DNA of 64,000 nucleotides. It comes from Oikopleura dioica. Taxonomy: Eukaryota; Animalia; Chordata. Positions 12,030-23,807 of the stretch are shown here, piece after piece; positions within the stretch are counted from its first letter, which is position 1; every line of letters starts with the position of its first letter. Where the stretch lies: positions 248,001 through 312,000 of the forward strand of contig OU015568.1 in the NCBI GenBank assembly GCA_907165135.1, given 5' to 3'. The translations under genes were made by a program, and so were the position numbers. The notes beneath the pieces are model-generated. The model had not been told where the DNA came from. It worked only from the letters and a program-made list of their open reading frames with translations, and ran no database searches.

Positions 12030-13286
12030 GCGATTCTTCTTCTTCAATTTGTGCAGCTTGCTTTGGGAGCAGTTACAGTAGCCCAACTCAATTCAACAAA
12101 AATTTCTGAAAAAACGAATACGACAGAACATCATATCGATGAAATTTTGCTCGGGAATTTGGTTTTGGAGGTTGAAAATGAAGCGAATCTGGAGCTGCTG
12201 AAAAAAAACTCTCAAGGAAAATTTCAAACGAAATGAAAAATTTTGGAATTTTTAAAACAGTTTTCCTTGAAATTTGATGAAAAGCACGACATAAACAAAA
12301 CGCTCGAAGAATTCAACCTGACAATGTCGACTTTCAACGAAAGCAGCTCCAGTTTTCCCGAATTAGTGATTCTGCCAATTTTCATCGAGGAGCCCGAAAA
12401 CACGACCTTGCCGGCATGGTCAGTTTTGGAAGAAGCGATGAGAAACTTGACAACTGTCGCGCTTGGAGAATTTCCAAATACAGGAACAGCCGTAAAATAA
12501 GCTCTTTTTTCCTTCGAAAAGGATTTTGATTCTTCAAAGACCTATTTAAAATAGGCTATTTTCATTTTGAATTAACAAACTCTCTGTTCGATAAAGAAAT
12601 CTAAGCCAGATTTATTTTAAAATGCCGCGCAATCAAAGCCTGGGCTCGGAAACCTCTGTAGAAAACCTGAGTCAGGGTTCTAAAAAAACTTGAATGAAAA
12701 GCAGCTGCGCGGTTTTTCAGAACCCTGACTCAGGTTTTCTTCAAATGTTGCCAGCAGAGGTTGCAGAACGTATGTTAAAAATCGGCGTCAGGGATATTTT
12801 CATTAAAGTTTGTCAGGACCCTGACTCAGGTTTTTGCTCGTGTTTTCGTTTACTAAGAAAAGAAATCATTGAAAATTTTTTCTGATACAATTCTACAAAA
12901 ACTTTCAAGTGATCAACTATGTTTTCGAGCTCTCAAAAGTGTCCAGCATCAAATTTCTGCGCGAAGTGAATCTTTCTGATGAAGGGCTTTTTACAATTTT
13001 GCTGGTTTCCGTCTTTGGCGGAATTTTTGTGCTTCTAATTGCGATCATTGTTCTTGGAGGTTCGTAATTCCAACTTTTAAATTCGTGACTAAAATGCTCT
13101 AGCCTTTATTTACAACAAACGAAATACATCTGGAGAGCTTCAAATCTCTGCTTCAACAAATCAAGTTCCAGGTTGAGCTCTTTCTTGATTTTACCCTCAT
13201 CCTTTTCAGGACTCGAAAATCCATCTTTTACAAACGAAAAAGCAAAACGAGCGACGCTAGAGGAATTCGAAATAACAACTTTTTAA
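12030..13286 (+). CDS. Type I single-pass membrane glycoprotein
   Basis: Hydrophobic leader (ILLLQFVQLALG), many N-x-S/T sites, TM segment LFTILLVSVFGGIFVLLIAIIVLG, and a cytoplasmic tail ending NPSF...EITTF*. Exon boundaries are approximate. Confidence 0.6.
12642..12760. mobile_element. MITE-A copy (TIR GGCTCGGCAACCTGTGTAGAAAACCTGAGTCAGGG), intronic
   Basis: Left TIR at 12642, right TIR CCCTGACTCAGGTTTTC at 12723, and an extra right-TIR core at ~12820. Confidence 0.75.
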
Positions 13287-13897
13287 AATATTCTTTTTCA
13301 AAATAAAAAGAGTCTGTGAAAATATAATCGCCTTGTTATTAACTTATTACCATTACTTGTTTCCTCCTCATAATTTTTTATCAAAATAAAGGAAGACTAA
13401 AAATCAAGAATAAAAATTTAAAAATTTGTTTTGGCCTGAAGCATTTCGGCCGCCTCAAAGACAAACGAAAAAAAGTTAGAGAGCAGTTTTTCAACCTCAA
13501 CGCACGCACATTTGATAGAACTTATATAAAAAGTACCTTATTCAAGAGCTCACTGTTCTATACTGACGAGAATTATGGGAAGCGAGTATATTTCTGCCTT
13601 TCTAAGTCAATAAAATGATTAAAAAATCTTAAACTCATTTTGCAAAAAAAAATAACAAAAACTTGTGATCTTTCAGAGAAGTGTCTAAAAAGCGTCCCGT
13701 CGCCAGCTCAGTTGCATTTTGTCATTTTCATTTTCTTTAATTTGTCGATATTGTCGAAATCTGGTTGAATGAAAGATTCAGTATAAAGGAAACTTCCGTT
13801 CAAGTTGAGAAATCTACTTTTTCAATTTCCTGTCTCGACGCTCATTCGTAGAGAAACATCAATGCGGACTGGAGGACTTTTTTGTTTCAATTTTTTA

Positions 13898-16800
13898 GGT
13901 TTGATTTCGGCAAACAAGTGTCCTATCGGATTCACTGATTTGAGAGAAAGTGACGAAGATCCCGAATTCAAGCATGGAAGCTGCGCCAAAGGTATACTTC
14001 TTCTTCATTGATAGAGAATGAAGAAAAAAAATCATTTTTCGAAGGTTGCAATAAGAATTGGTAAAGGACCAATTCTTCTACAATATAGCTAGAATTGGTA
14101 TGATGCCGAATCTTTTCTCGGTTAGGGATTAGGGTTAGGACTCCTAACTTAGGAGGCTGAAAATACTTACTGGGGGTCCAGGGGGGCGAGGCCCTCTGGG
14201 TAAGGCTTAAGGGGGGTCTCGAAGGCGTAGCTCTCTGGGTGAGGCTTAAGAGTTTCATGCTTATTCTAGCCAAATTATAGAAGAATTCGTGCTGTACCAA
14301 CTCTAGTTGCATTCTTCACATTTGTTAAACAAAAGGATAGGGCTGAAAATCTCATAAGCCCAGAGAGTGTTTTTTTTTCGATTTCTTACAAAGATACCTT
14401 TTTAAGGACCCCCCCCCCGTCAGCTTTTTCCTCCGAAAAATTGAAATTTATAAAAACAGCATACTTTTGGTTCTTTATGTGTCCTTCAGTTAAACTTGCT
14501 TCAAAAACTTGATTAGATGGAGATTTGACCAAGAAAAATCAACTTGAATGCCAAAATTAGGGCAAATTCGTCAATTTTCGGCGAAAAGCCCAATTTTCAA
14601 ATGGGGGGTGAAGGAGTCGAGATAGACCCCCAAAAAATGAAGCCTCAAAATCGTTTTTTGACCCGTAGAGTCCATTTCCGGGGTCAAAATTTTAAAATTC
14701 CGAAATTTGATTTTTCAAAAAAAGCTGACGGGGGGGGGGTCCTTAAATTGCTTTAAATTCAGTTGTGAACAGCGATGATCAATCAGGAAATTCGGCTTAT
14801 TCAGTCAAACTCTATATTTTAAAGATCAAAATCTGAAAAGGCTCATAAGAGCCGATTAAAAAGGTTTAACATGGCATGAAGCGCGCGATTACTGTGTCCG
14901 TGTTTACGAGGGCCACTTAGCGGATGTCGAGCACAATGCTCCGAACTCTTCTCGCATGAGGGCGCTAGGTGCGCGGAGGACTCTGAGTCCTCCGAACATT
15001 GCGAGTCCAGGGAGAACTGATGAGTTGGCGATAAGACCTAAATACGCTAATTGAGCGTAACACCTGGGAGTGAGCACAGCAGGGGCAGAGGGGATATTTT
15101 TTTTCGACCCATGCTAGTATCAACTTCATTATCAATTCTAGAGGCGAGTAAGAGTGATAGCGTTATTTCTTTGGATATATATGTATCAGAAGAAAGCTCT
15201 TTTCGAGCAGAATATGGATTTTACGGAATTGAAAGAAAAAGTTGACCTTATTTCGCGCCTGTTTCCGAAATATTTCAAATCAGAGCTATGAAATGGACCT
15301 TTTCGATCGGTTTGTTTACCGCCTCTGCCGAAACAAATGAGACTCTACCACCTATTTCCGAAGATGCGGGGTCAAAAGGAAAACCTCATATTTTCCAATA
15401 CAATTCCAATTGGAAATTGAAAATTCATGAGAAAAACAAGCGTATAAAGTAGGACCAAAAGCCCTTCCCCTGTGATCGATGATCAGTGTTCCTAGATTGG
15501 TGGTTCCTAGACCCTGAGCCTGAGAGTTCTGCTTTTCAAACTTTATCATCAAAATTTAGTGTTTTTGACCCTTTATTTAGATTCAGCGCAAAATTTCACT
15601 CTAAAAAAAATTTTTTTAAGTTCTTAATAATTTCAAAAAAATGAGCGTGGAAAATCAGTTTACCGAAATTAAGCTCATTCAGGGGGTACTACGCGATCAG
15701 AAATGATAGCGGTGTTTGAATAAAGATTGACACACTTCACGCTGGGATGAGGTAGCTTCACGCTCCCTTCCGTACTTGCTCACCTCCGGCTCCCTGCAAA
15801 GAGCGCTCTTCAACGTCTTTTCCGCTCTTCCACCTCTTTTTCCGAGCGCCCTCTGGCGGATGGAGTTCGGAGCATTATGCTTTTACCCCAACTTAGCTGT
15901 GCCGATTAATTTCGCCGAAAACAAGGCAATTTCGCTTCTCGTCAAGAAGAATAAAGAAGGAAAGCTTCCCTTTCTCTGGCTCGGATTCACTGACGAGGAT
16001 CGGGAAGGGTACTGGATGAACGTTTTTGGAAAACAAGCCGAGTTCACCAATTGGGGAAGAACTTCCACTGGCGTTTACAATCCTGATAACGCTCGTAAAA
16101 CCATCAAAGGTTGAGAAAACTTGAAAACTCCGGAATTAATTATTATTTTCAGTTGAGGGAAAAAGAATCGAAATCGCTCAACATTGTGTCAACACGAATT
16201 TCCGATGGAGTCAGCTTTGGGACGACAACTTTTGCAACAGAAAGTATGTTTTTATTTATTTTTTTAACAAAAAACGCATTCATATTTTATCAAGATTCAT
16301 GGCAGTTTGTCAGGTGCACAGATGCCCAGCCAGCGGTTGCAAGTACGAAAGTGGAGAGTGCCGTCCTGGCTGGACCGATTTGAGGCCGAAAACGGACGAT
16401 ATTGAGGATGGATATTGCGTGACGCTGATTAATAAGCTGCCTTGGGATTATGCGAGAATCATGTGCGACAATTTGGAGGCCCATCTTGTAAGGAAAACGA
16501 GTTCGAAGATTAATTATCTATTATGAAGTATCTGTTGATCTGGGCTCTCCAACCTGTGTAGATAACCTGAGTCAGGGTATGAAATATCTTTGAGACCCTG
16601 ACTCAGGTTTTCTGCACATGATGCCGAGCCTAGGCATGGGTAACTGACAGCAAATAACTGAAGCAAAATCACTGTAGTTTTGAATAATTGAAAAGCGGCT
16701 CAGTTTTTGATCTCGGAAAGAATTCCTAACAAAACAATGAATAATTTGATAACCAAATTTGTCCGGTAAGTTATTGAAGTTCTGAGTTCGACTTTCATTA

Positions 16801-17599
16801 TTGATGAATTGTAGAGACGAGTATCCGAAAGAAGAGTACAAGGGAGAGATCACCATTCCACTCGTCTGGCTCAGCTACAAGAAACAACAGCTGCTCGGGA
16901 AATGGCCAGAGGAATACGACTGGGTGAACTACCGACGAATGGTCGCCGAGTATCTTCCCTGGGGCATCGGCTGGTACGGCCAAAAACTCCCCGACGACGA
17001 AATCAAGCGACATCCCCATCTCGAAGGTCAAACCGAATATCAGGACTGCGCAGCGCTCATGGCGGACCAAGGCAAATGGGACGACATGGTTTGATATTTT
17101 TTCTTTTTCGGCGGAAGAAAAATAACTTTTAAAGTGGTGCAGCTCGCATCTCCGAGCAGTTTGCCAGCAAAACAAGTGCTACACGGCAGAGACTTGTCAA
17201 CCCGTGGAAGTGACTCCTTTTCGGGTCCCGCCGCCGTCCGATCCTGATGGGGAGGATTGGAAAGGACCTGGTTCGAATTCTCAAAATCTCATCGGCACAG
17301 GCGGTCCCGGTAGTACAGGGACAGAAACTGGAACGGACGGGCTTGGTGGCTCGACCGGTACTGCTACTGGAACTGGAATTGGAGGAAAAGGAACTGGATC
17401 TGGCACGGATACCAACATTGGTACAGGAGGAGAAAACAAATATCCGACTCCTTGGCCGAAAGAACCAGGAGAACCGGGAGGAACTCAGGAATGCGCTCAA
17501 CACAGATTGTTTAACTCAGACTCTGCCCATAAAAAAACTGCGAATTCGTTGAGCTCAGAGCCAGAGCACTCCTTGTTGCGGCGCAAAACATTTGTATGA
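13898..17599 (+). CDS. Multi-C-type-lectin protein with Gly/Thr-rich C-terminal tail
   Basis: Exons read CPIGF...GSCAK, TWHEARDYC...GHLADV, LWLGFTDEDREGYW...FTNWG, WDDNFC, CRPGW...WDYARIMC...AHL, DCAAL...GKWDDMWC...AVCQ, then a GTG-rich tail. Some internal exons and the 5' end are unresolved. Confidence 0.75.
14041..14317. mobile_element. MITE with ~60-bp imperfect TIRs and internal TTAGGG-like units; second copy at 18821-19016
   Basis: Left GCAATAAGAATTGGTAAAGGACCAATTCTTCTACAATATAGCTAGAAT matches the reverse complement of the right end, and the same block starts at 18828. Confidence 0.75.
14406..14742. mobile_element. Kolobok-like MITE, TTAA TSD, TIR GGACCCCCCCCCCGTCAGCTTTTT
   Basis: TTAA at 14402-14405 and 14743-14746. 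The interior is homologous, in opposite orientation, to the copy at 50565-50847. Confidence 0.9.
16542..16630. mobile_element. MITE-A copy inside a GT-AG intron of the lectin gene
   Basis: GGGCTCTCCAACCTGTGTAGATAACCTGAGTCAGGGT ... ACCCTGACTCAGGTTTTCTGCACATGATGCCGAGCC. Confidence 0.85.
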
Positions 17600-17918
17600 C
17601 TCGTCATTTCGTCTCCTCGCCAGTCTACTTGTCTTTGCACTACTGTAACTGTTGCTGAACTGAATAAACTCCGGCTGTTCAAGTCAGCGAAAACATTTCC
17701 TAGTACATTTTTGCTTGGAATGGAAAATGAGTGTTTAACAGGCAGGAAAGCGCGGCCATTAATTTTTGATTCGAGTTTTGCTTTATAGGGGCGGTCTTTT
17801 GGACATTCAAAGGCCAGTTTTTATTTCGAAACAAAAACATGAAAAATTTGAGTTTTGTCTTCTTTCTTGTTTTCAGCGAGATAGGAAAGGCGATCGAGAC
17901 AGTTGACGAGAGAAAAAA

Positions 17919-18572
17919 TGGTTAAAGCAACTCAAAATTTAAAAAAAATGATAAAATTGAAAATTGAAAATTTCAAAAATTTTAGAATAAAAATTCAAAT
18001 TTTTCGCAGAGAAAAAATAATAATTTGTCGTAAAACTAAGTGAGAAAAATAATATAAAAAAAATCATTAAGTTATTTTTTAAACAATCTTTAATTAAGAT
18101 TTTCGCCTTGCAAAACGATTTTCCTATTTCTGGAAAGACGCGAGTAACGATGCCGCCCTTTTGAACACTGAAATGAACCTGCTTTCCGAATTGAATCAGC
18201 GGCTCGAAGCGCCGGTCGCACTGGAAGACGGAAACCAACGAATGAAATATGAACAGGCGAGAAGACTGCTTGGACAGCGATTAGCCGCAAAAGTGGACAA
18301 CCTCGTCGACGCGCCAGAATTTCTGAGACGCTACCACTTCCAGAGCCAGGAGCCGTCGAATCAGAATCTTTGGGACATCACACGCTAGAATGCAAGAAGA
18401 AACCTTTATAACTGAATGGTGCGAAAAGCTCCAAAAAATGGAAATAAAATATCCTGGATTTATAAAAAATTCTTTATTAAAATTCTTTGAGAGGAAAAGA
18501 CTGAAAGACGAGCAGGTATTTTTGCAGATTCTTCAACCGAGCTTCTTTTTGGAAAAGAATTTTATCACTTAA
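17919..18572 (+). CDS. Unknown helical protein (partial model)
   Basis: Open exon ~18100-18388 (FRLAKRFSYFW...ELNQRLEAPV...QARRLLG) after an acceptor. Model incomplete. Confidence 0.3.
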
Positions 18573-18820
18573 ACAGAATTAAATATTCTTCCCAATTTCC
18601 TAGGAAAGCTCTTCTGATCAAATTATTCGCCTCCGAAGTATTTTTCGTTCTCCGGATGACATCGCGTATTTCTTTTTCATTCGAGCGGTATCTCGCATTG
18701 CTCGCTTTAAAATTTGAAAAATCGGATAATTTATTTTTCAATTTTACCATTTATGCTCTTAATTGATGCGCGTCTTTCATTCAAAAGCGCGTTCTTTCAG
18801 ATGCTCTGTAAAGATATTCG

Positions 18821-19016
18821 GAAGGTAGCAATAAGAATTTTCACAGGACCAATTCTTCAAATATTAAGCTAGAATTGATATGATATTTAACGTTTTTTGG
18901 GTCCGGAATTAGGATAAGGGGCTAGGAGTACCTACTGTGTGTCGAAGCCCCTTGGTAAGGCTTAAGGATAAGGAGAATCATACGGTATGATTCATACCAA
19001 TTCTAGGGTTAGGGTT
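18821..19016. mobile_element. Second copy of the TTAGGG-containing MITE
   Basis: Shares the TIR block with 14041-14317 and ends in CATACCAATTCTAGGGTTAGGGTT. Confidence 0.7.
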
Positions 19017-19021
19017 AATTT

Positions 19022-22000
19022 TTATTCAGCATGTTCCTTGACGAAGGATAACTGCTCCTGAAGTTTTTGAGTATCGTTTTTTAAATTTTCGATTTTGATC
19101 CTCCAGGTCGTTTTTTCTTTTACAGTTTCTCGGAAAAGAATTCTTTCCTGTTCTTTTTGCGATTCTTCAAGTTTCGAAGTTGCTTCAAGTTCTTTGATTC
19201 CAATTTCTTTGTTTTTTAGGACGAATTTCTTCCTTGATTTCAATTTTTCAATATCTTTCACTTTTTTGGGGATTTTCGCGCAAGTTTTTATTTAAAAAAA
19301 AAACGCATGAAATAGCAATAAAATCCTTTTTTGGGGCTCAAAAATCTGTGTAGAAACTCTGAGTCAGGTCTTCCAAGCCCTAACTCAGATTTTAAACACA
19401 GGTTCTTTAGCCCTATTCCTTGCTTTTTGATTGAGAGAATTTATTTTTGCAAGAATTTCTTCTTTGTCTTCGAGAAACTTCTTTTGAAGCTGTTTTTGCT
19501 CGTCAATTTTTCTTCTGTTCTGTTCTTGAATATTTTCGTTTCGTTTTTGAAGAATCATTGTTTTGGTGACGAGTTCTTTCTGCGCTGTTTCGAGCTCCTC
19601 CGATTTTTCTGCCTGAAAATTTTCGTCAATTTTTGTCAAAAATAGAGAGAAACCTTTCTTTTTCGTATTCTTTCATCAAGGGAAGCTATTTCCTTCCTGA
19701 GCTCATTCACAGTCGATAAATTCGAATTCTGAAGCTTTTCTATAGCAGATTTGATTGTTTCAAGCTTCAATTTCATCCTAAAATTAAGCTGTTATTTTGA
19801 AGCTCAATTCCGATTTTAATTGCTTTTTAGATTTTTCACCAGCTGAATCTTCGTTTTTCCTCGATTTCTTCAGAAGTTTCTCGTTTTCTTCGAGTTCCAA
19901 ATTCAACATTCTTAGATTTTCATCCCTCAAATCACGTGATTTTTCAAACAGAGCGTCTTTTTCTTCAAGTTCTGAGCGTATTTCCTCTTCTTTTTGGAGT
20001 TTTTCAGAGTCTTGAAGAATTTCATTTTGCAAAAGGGTCATTTTGTCGCTTTCTTCCTTGATTTCTTTGATGATTTTTTCCGTTTCTCTTTTCTCTTGGT
20101 CGATTTTTTGGCTTATCTTTTCCTTCGCTTCTTTGAGTTTTGAGATATCCGCAGTAAGTTCTGCTATTTGATCCTTTAGCTTTGGTCTGGGCTCGGCAAC
20201 CAGCGTTGAAAACCTGAGTCAGGGTTTTGAAAGAAACGAAGCCGAAAAAGATTCATTGAGTTTGCAAAGCGGCTTTTCCTAACCCTGGCTTTTCAAAACC
20301 CTGACTCAGGTTTTCTTCACAGGTCGCCGAGTCCAGTAGCTGGCTGTTTTGCTCGTCAAAATTTTTTCTTTGATTTTCATGTTCTTTTGAGAGCTTCTTC
20401 TCGTCGTTTATTTTTCTGGCGATTGATTTCCGAATCAAAGAGTTTTTATTTTCTTTGCAGTTGATCTCATCTTCAGCAGCCAACACTCCGACTTGCGATT
20501 TTCTGAAACTAACTCTTGAATCTTCAAGGCGCTCTTTCGCGATTTCAAGCGAAACATCTGATTTTTCAAGCTTCATTTTTGCTTCCTCCATTTCTTCTTT
20601 GATTTCTGAGTTGAGCATTTCTTGAGATTTGATAATCTCTTTGATATTTCTAATCGCCAATAAATTGTTCTTGAATTTTTCCTCGTTTTTGAGCGACAAG
20701 GACTTTCTTATATTGAGTTTAATAATTTTTTTAACAAAATAATTTTCTTCGTATTACAGTCGACTCTGGCAATTACGAGCCTTTTTTGTCGGGAATTTCG
20801 TGAAATACTCGTAATTCTCCGAGTTGGAAAATTTGGCTCGATTTTCTCTCGATTTCATTTTTAAGGACCCCCATCAAGAATTGCGAAAATGGGCCTCCTT
20901 GGAGCTAGTATTTCTCCGAAGCTATCTTATTTACACCCTTAATTTAATTGGAACTCGAATTTAACACTCGACTACAACCGCTTCCCTTATGATGATCCCG
21001 AAAATCACGGTTGTTCAAAAAATCTAGTTCTACCTCCTCAATGATATACAGGCCGTTAAAGATCAAGTTGATAGGATCAAGCTTTTTCAGGGATTTAAGC
21101 TGAGGGAAACCCTTAATTTTTTCAGGAGAGAGCTAAGGCTCTAAGCTACCACCGTACCCCTTTGGAAAGTTTTTTGTCAACGAAAAATTAAAATAATATT
21201 CAGAGACTTTCATAAAAAAAATAATGCAAATTTTCAATCTGTTGAAGCTGCTTTAAAACCATCTGAAGAGCCGGAGACTCTTAAGCCAAAGATTTAACCC
21301 GGTAACAGGCGCGTGGCCGTCTCACGGCCACGCGTGGAAATGAGTAGCCAATCGCATGCCCGGATCCATGTTTTCACTCAATCACAGACAGGCAAAAGCG
21401 TAGGCAAAATCGACCACCCTGTTAGCGGGTTAATGATTAAAATCAAGCATTCTCAATTTTTTCGAAAAAAATTATTTTCGGTCGATGATCCCTTGTTTTC
21501 AAAATTGGCGGGTTTTTGTCAAAATACTCGTAATTCTGCTACTCGTAATTGCCAGAGTCGACTGTATAACTAAATTCTTAAAAATTCGAAACTCTTCGCG
21601 AAAATTCAAAGACTGGGCCCAGTCTTCAGAAGTATTTTTCAGCTTGTTTTGAATCCAGGCGAGCTCAGCCAAATTCTGGAATCGCGAGATAACTTGATTT
21701 TAATTTTCAATATCAAAAGATGGGTTTTTGCTTTCACCTTTTTCTCTTCTGGAAAACTCCAAATTGTTCATTTTAATCGCTTTAGTATGCTTTTCAATCT
21801 TCGAGCTAGCTAAAATCATGAATTTTGCATCGTTATCTTCGCCCATCTTTCTAGCCTCCTCCTTTGTATCTTCAATTTTCTTCCTCGTCGAATAAAGTTG
21901 GTGCTCCAAAAGGCCGGCAATGATTTTGGAGTCCTTCGAAGTCCCAGCCAACATTTTTCGCCGACGAACTTGCTCAACGGAGCGGCGGAAGGTTTCGCTT

Positions 22001-22492
22001 TTGAGTTTGACATGGGCGATAATGGTTTCTTCCTAGAGCAGAATCGAAATTTAGGTGAAATAGGGGCTGACCTTGTTCATCTCTTAATTACGTACGCGTG
22101 TGGCCTCGTTCAGCCCGCCTAAGTTTTTAATACGGATGAACAAGACTACCCCTATTCGATATTATTTTGGGCAAACCTCGAACGCCTCCATTTCTCGCTT
22201 CCATTTTTTGAACAAATCGGAAAGATAACTGACGAAAATTTCTGCTCTTCCATCATCTTGCAGCTTGACGACTAAATTATTGAAATCTCTAATCAGAGTT
22301 ATTCCCTGCATGTTTTTCTTTATGAAAAACAAGTTGCCTCTTGCGCTCTTTTTTGATACAATGCTCTTTTGTTCGAAAAGTGTTTGACGAACTTTTTAAG
22401 CATTTTTTTTCTCGAAAATTTGATTCAATATAGTATTCAGTGTCCGAACTAACATTTGCAGATGGAATTCCACCAACAAATCGTAATTGCAT
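19022..22492 (-). CDS. Long Lys/Glu-rich coiled-coil protein, multi-exon, with several TEs in its introns
   Basis: Heptad K/E/Q/L-rich exons join in frame (e.g. NFRE|EKSLSLKNEEKF across the intron holding the 20757-21564 element). Start uncertain; possible homopolymer indel near 22393. Confidence 0.6.
19334..19413. mobile_element. Decayed MITE-A copy in an intron of the coiled-coil gene
   Basis: GGGCTCAAAAATCTGTGTAGAAACTCTGAGTCAGG ... TAACTCAGATTTTAAACACAGGTTCTTTAGCCC. Confidence 0.7.
20190..20333. mobile_element. MITE-A copy interrupting the coiled-coil ORF
   Basis: ~40-bp TIRs flanked by CTG and CAG. The minus-strand ORF reads into it and stops, then resumes just after it. Confidence 0.9.
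20757..21564. mobile_element. Tc1/pogo-like non-autonomous element, TA TSD, TIR CAGTCGACTCTGGCAATTACGAG
   Basis: Perfect 23-bp TIRs beginning CAGT and flanked by TA on both sides. Confidence 0.92.
21298..21429. mobile_element. piggyBac-like MITE nested in the Tc1/pogo-like element
   Basis: TTAA|CCCGGTAACAGG ... CCTGTTAGCGGG|TTAA, with internal hairpin GCGTGGCCGT-CTC-ACGGCCACGC. Confidence 0.75.
22063..22152. mobile_element. 90-bp MITE with TA flanks, intronic
   Basis: TA|GGGGCTGACCTTGTTCATC ... GATGAACAAGACTACCCC|TA. Confidence 0.7.
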
Positions 22493-23107
22493 TTGGAGAA
22501 GTTACATGAGTATATTCGTCTTTTGTCGCGAAAAAAAAATTATCAAAAAATAAAAAATTTATGTTTTTATGGTGTCCGATTTGATTGACGGCGGGAGTGA
22601 GTCTTTGTCAAGACTTTAGCCATTGAGGTAAGATTGATAGTGAAGGTTTTTTTAAAGAAAAAATGCGCGGATATCTTTCAATTGATAAAGTCATTTATCA
22701 AGAGTAAATTTATGACGCAAAAATTATCAATATTACGCAAAGAAAGCTGGAGAACCAAAGATTGCTCCAGGCTCACGTAAAATTCTTTTCTTGAAACAGC
22801 GAAAAATCCTGATTTCATCGTTTTGTATTTAAAGCGCCTCAAGAATGCAAGCTGAAAAGAATTTTTCCTTACAAAAATAATGAAATTCAATTTTCTCTTT
22901 CCGATTGCTCAGAGTTTTTATTTTAACAGGTACCGTAAGTATTTTCTCCAAAAGAAGGTTTATCGTTAAACAAAAAAAAATTCATAAGCAGCTTATTATT
23001 CAGAAGTTTTGAGGGCCGAGAGCGCCTTATTCGCATCAGTAAACAAATTTTCGTTCGCATAAAAACTCATTTTTTTCCGAAAAAACTGTAATCAGCAAAT
23101 TGTGTTT

Positions 23108-23170
23108 TAAACCTGACTCAGACTTCTAAAAGTTTTTAAAGACCCTGACTCAGGTTTTCAAACAGGTTTC
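23108..23170. mobile_element. MITE-A remnant
   Basis: AAACCTGACTCAG ... GACCCTGACTCAGGTTTTCAAACAGG. Confidence 0.6.
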
Positions 23171-23807
23171 AAAGCTTGAAAAAACTTATGATAAAAATTG
23201 ATGATTTATCGTATTTTTTCTTTCAATTTCCAGGAAGCTAAGCTCACGAATGAACTTAACCAGCATCTAGATAATCCCGTGATTGATAGAAAATTATGAA
23301 AACAACTTGTCGCGCAAAAAGCTCGGAAATTGATCGGACGTGGAGACAAATTACCACTCGATTTATAAGTGCGTTTTGATCTGACTAAATCTGCCACGAA
23401 TTGGAACGTTCGAAAATGATTTCTCTTTTTCTAGCGGCGATTTTTTTTCCTGAAACAAAGGCGATCCCGACTTTTTTACTCGGTATAATTAAAGAAAAAT
23501 TGAGAAATAGAAGAGAGTTTTCCATTTTGTGAAAGAGTTTTCAGAGTGACACCCTTATTCGTATTATTTTTAACGACGGTTTCTTCGAATTTACACAAAT
23601 TTTCTCCATTTCAGAAATTTCATGGCAAAAACTTAGAATTCGGCCAAAGATATTGAAAATTTCTGCGAGAAAGTCGAAAATCTGCGTAAATATACAAAAA
23701 TATCAAAATTTTGGAGCTCTTTTTTAGAGGATTTATCAAATGAATTTGATCAAGAGACACTGGCATCATAAAAAACGTTTGATAATTTTTTAAAACCAAT
23801 CTTATTC

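Noticed and set aside
14870-15090. GC-rich segment with hairpin CGGAGGACTC-T-GAGTCCTCCG and CTGATGAG (hammerhead or snoRNA candidate)
   Set aside because: No downstream GAAA core or box D pairing; the 5' part encodes the lectin motif TWHEARDYC.
18995-19016. TTAGGG repeats as a true telomere
   Set aside because: Only 2-3 units, internal, and part of a repeat family.
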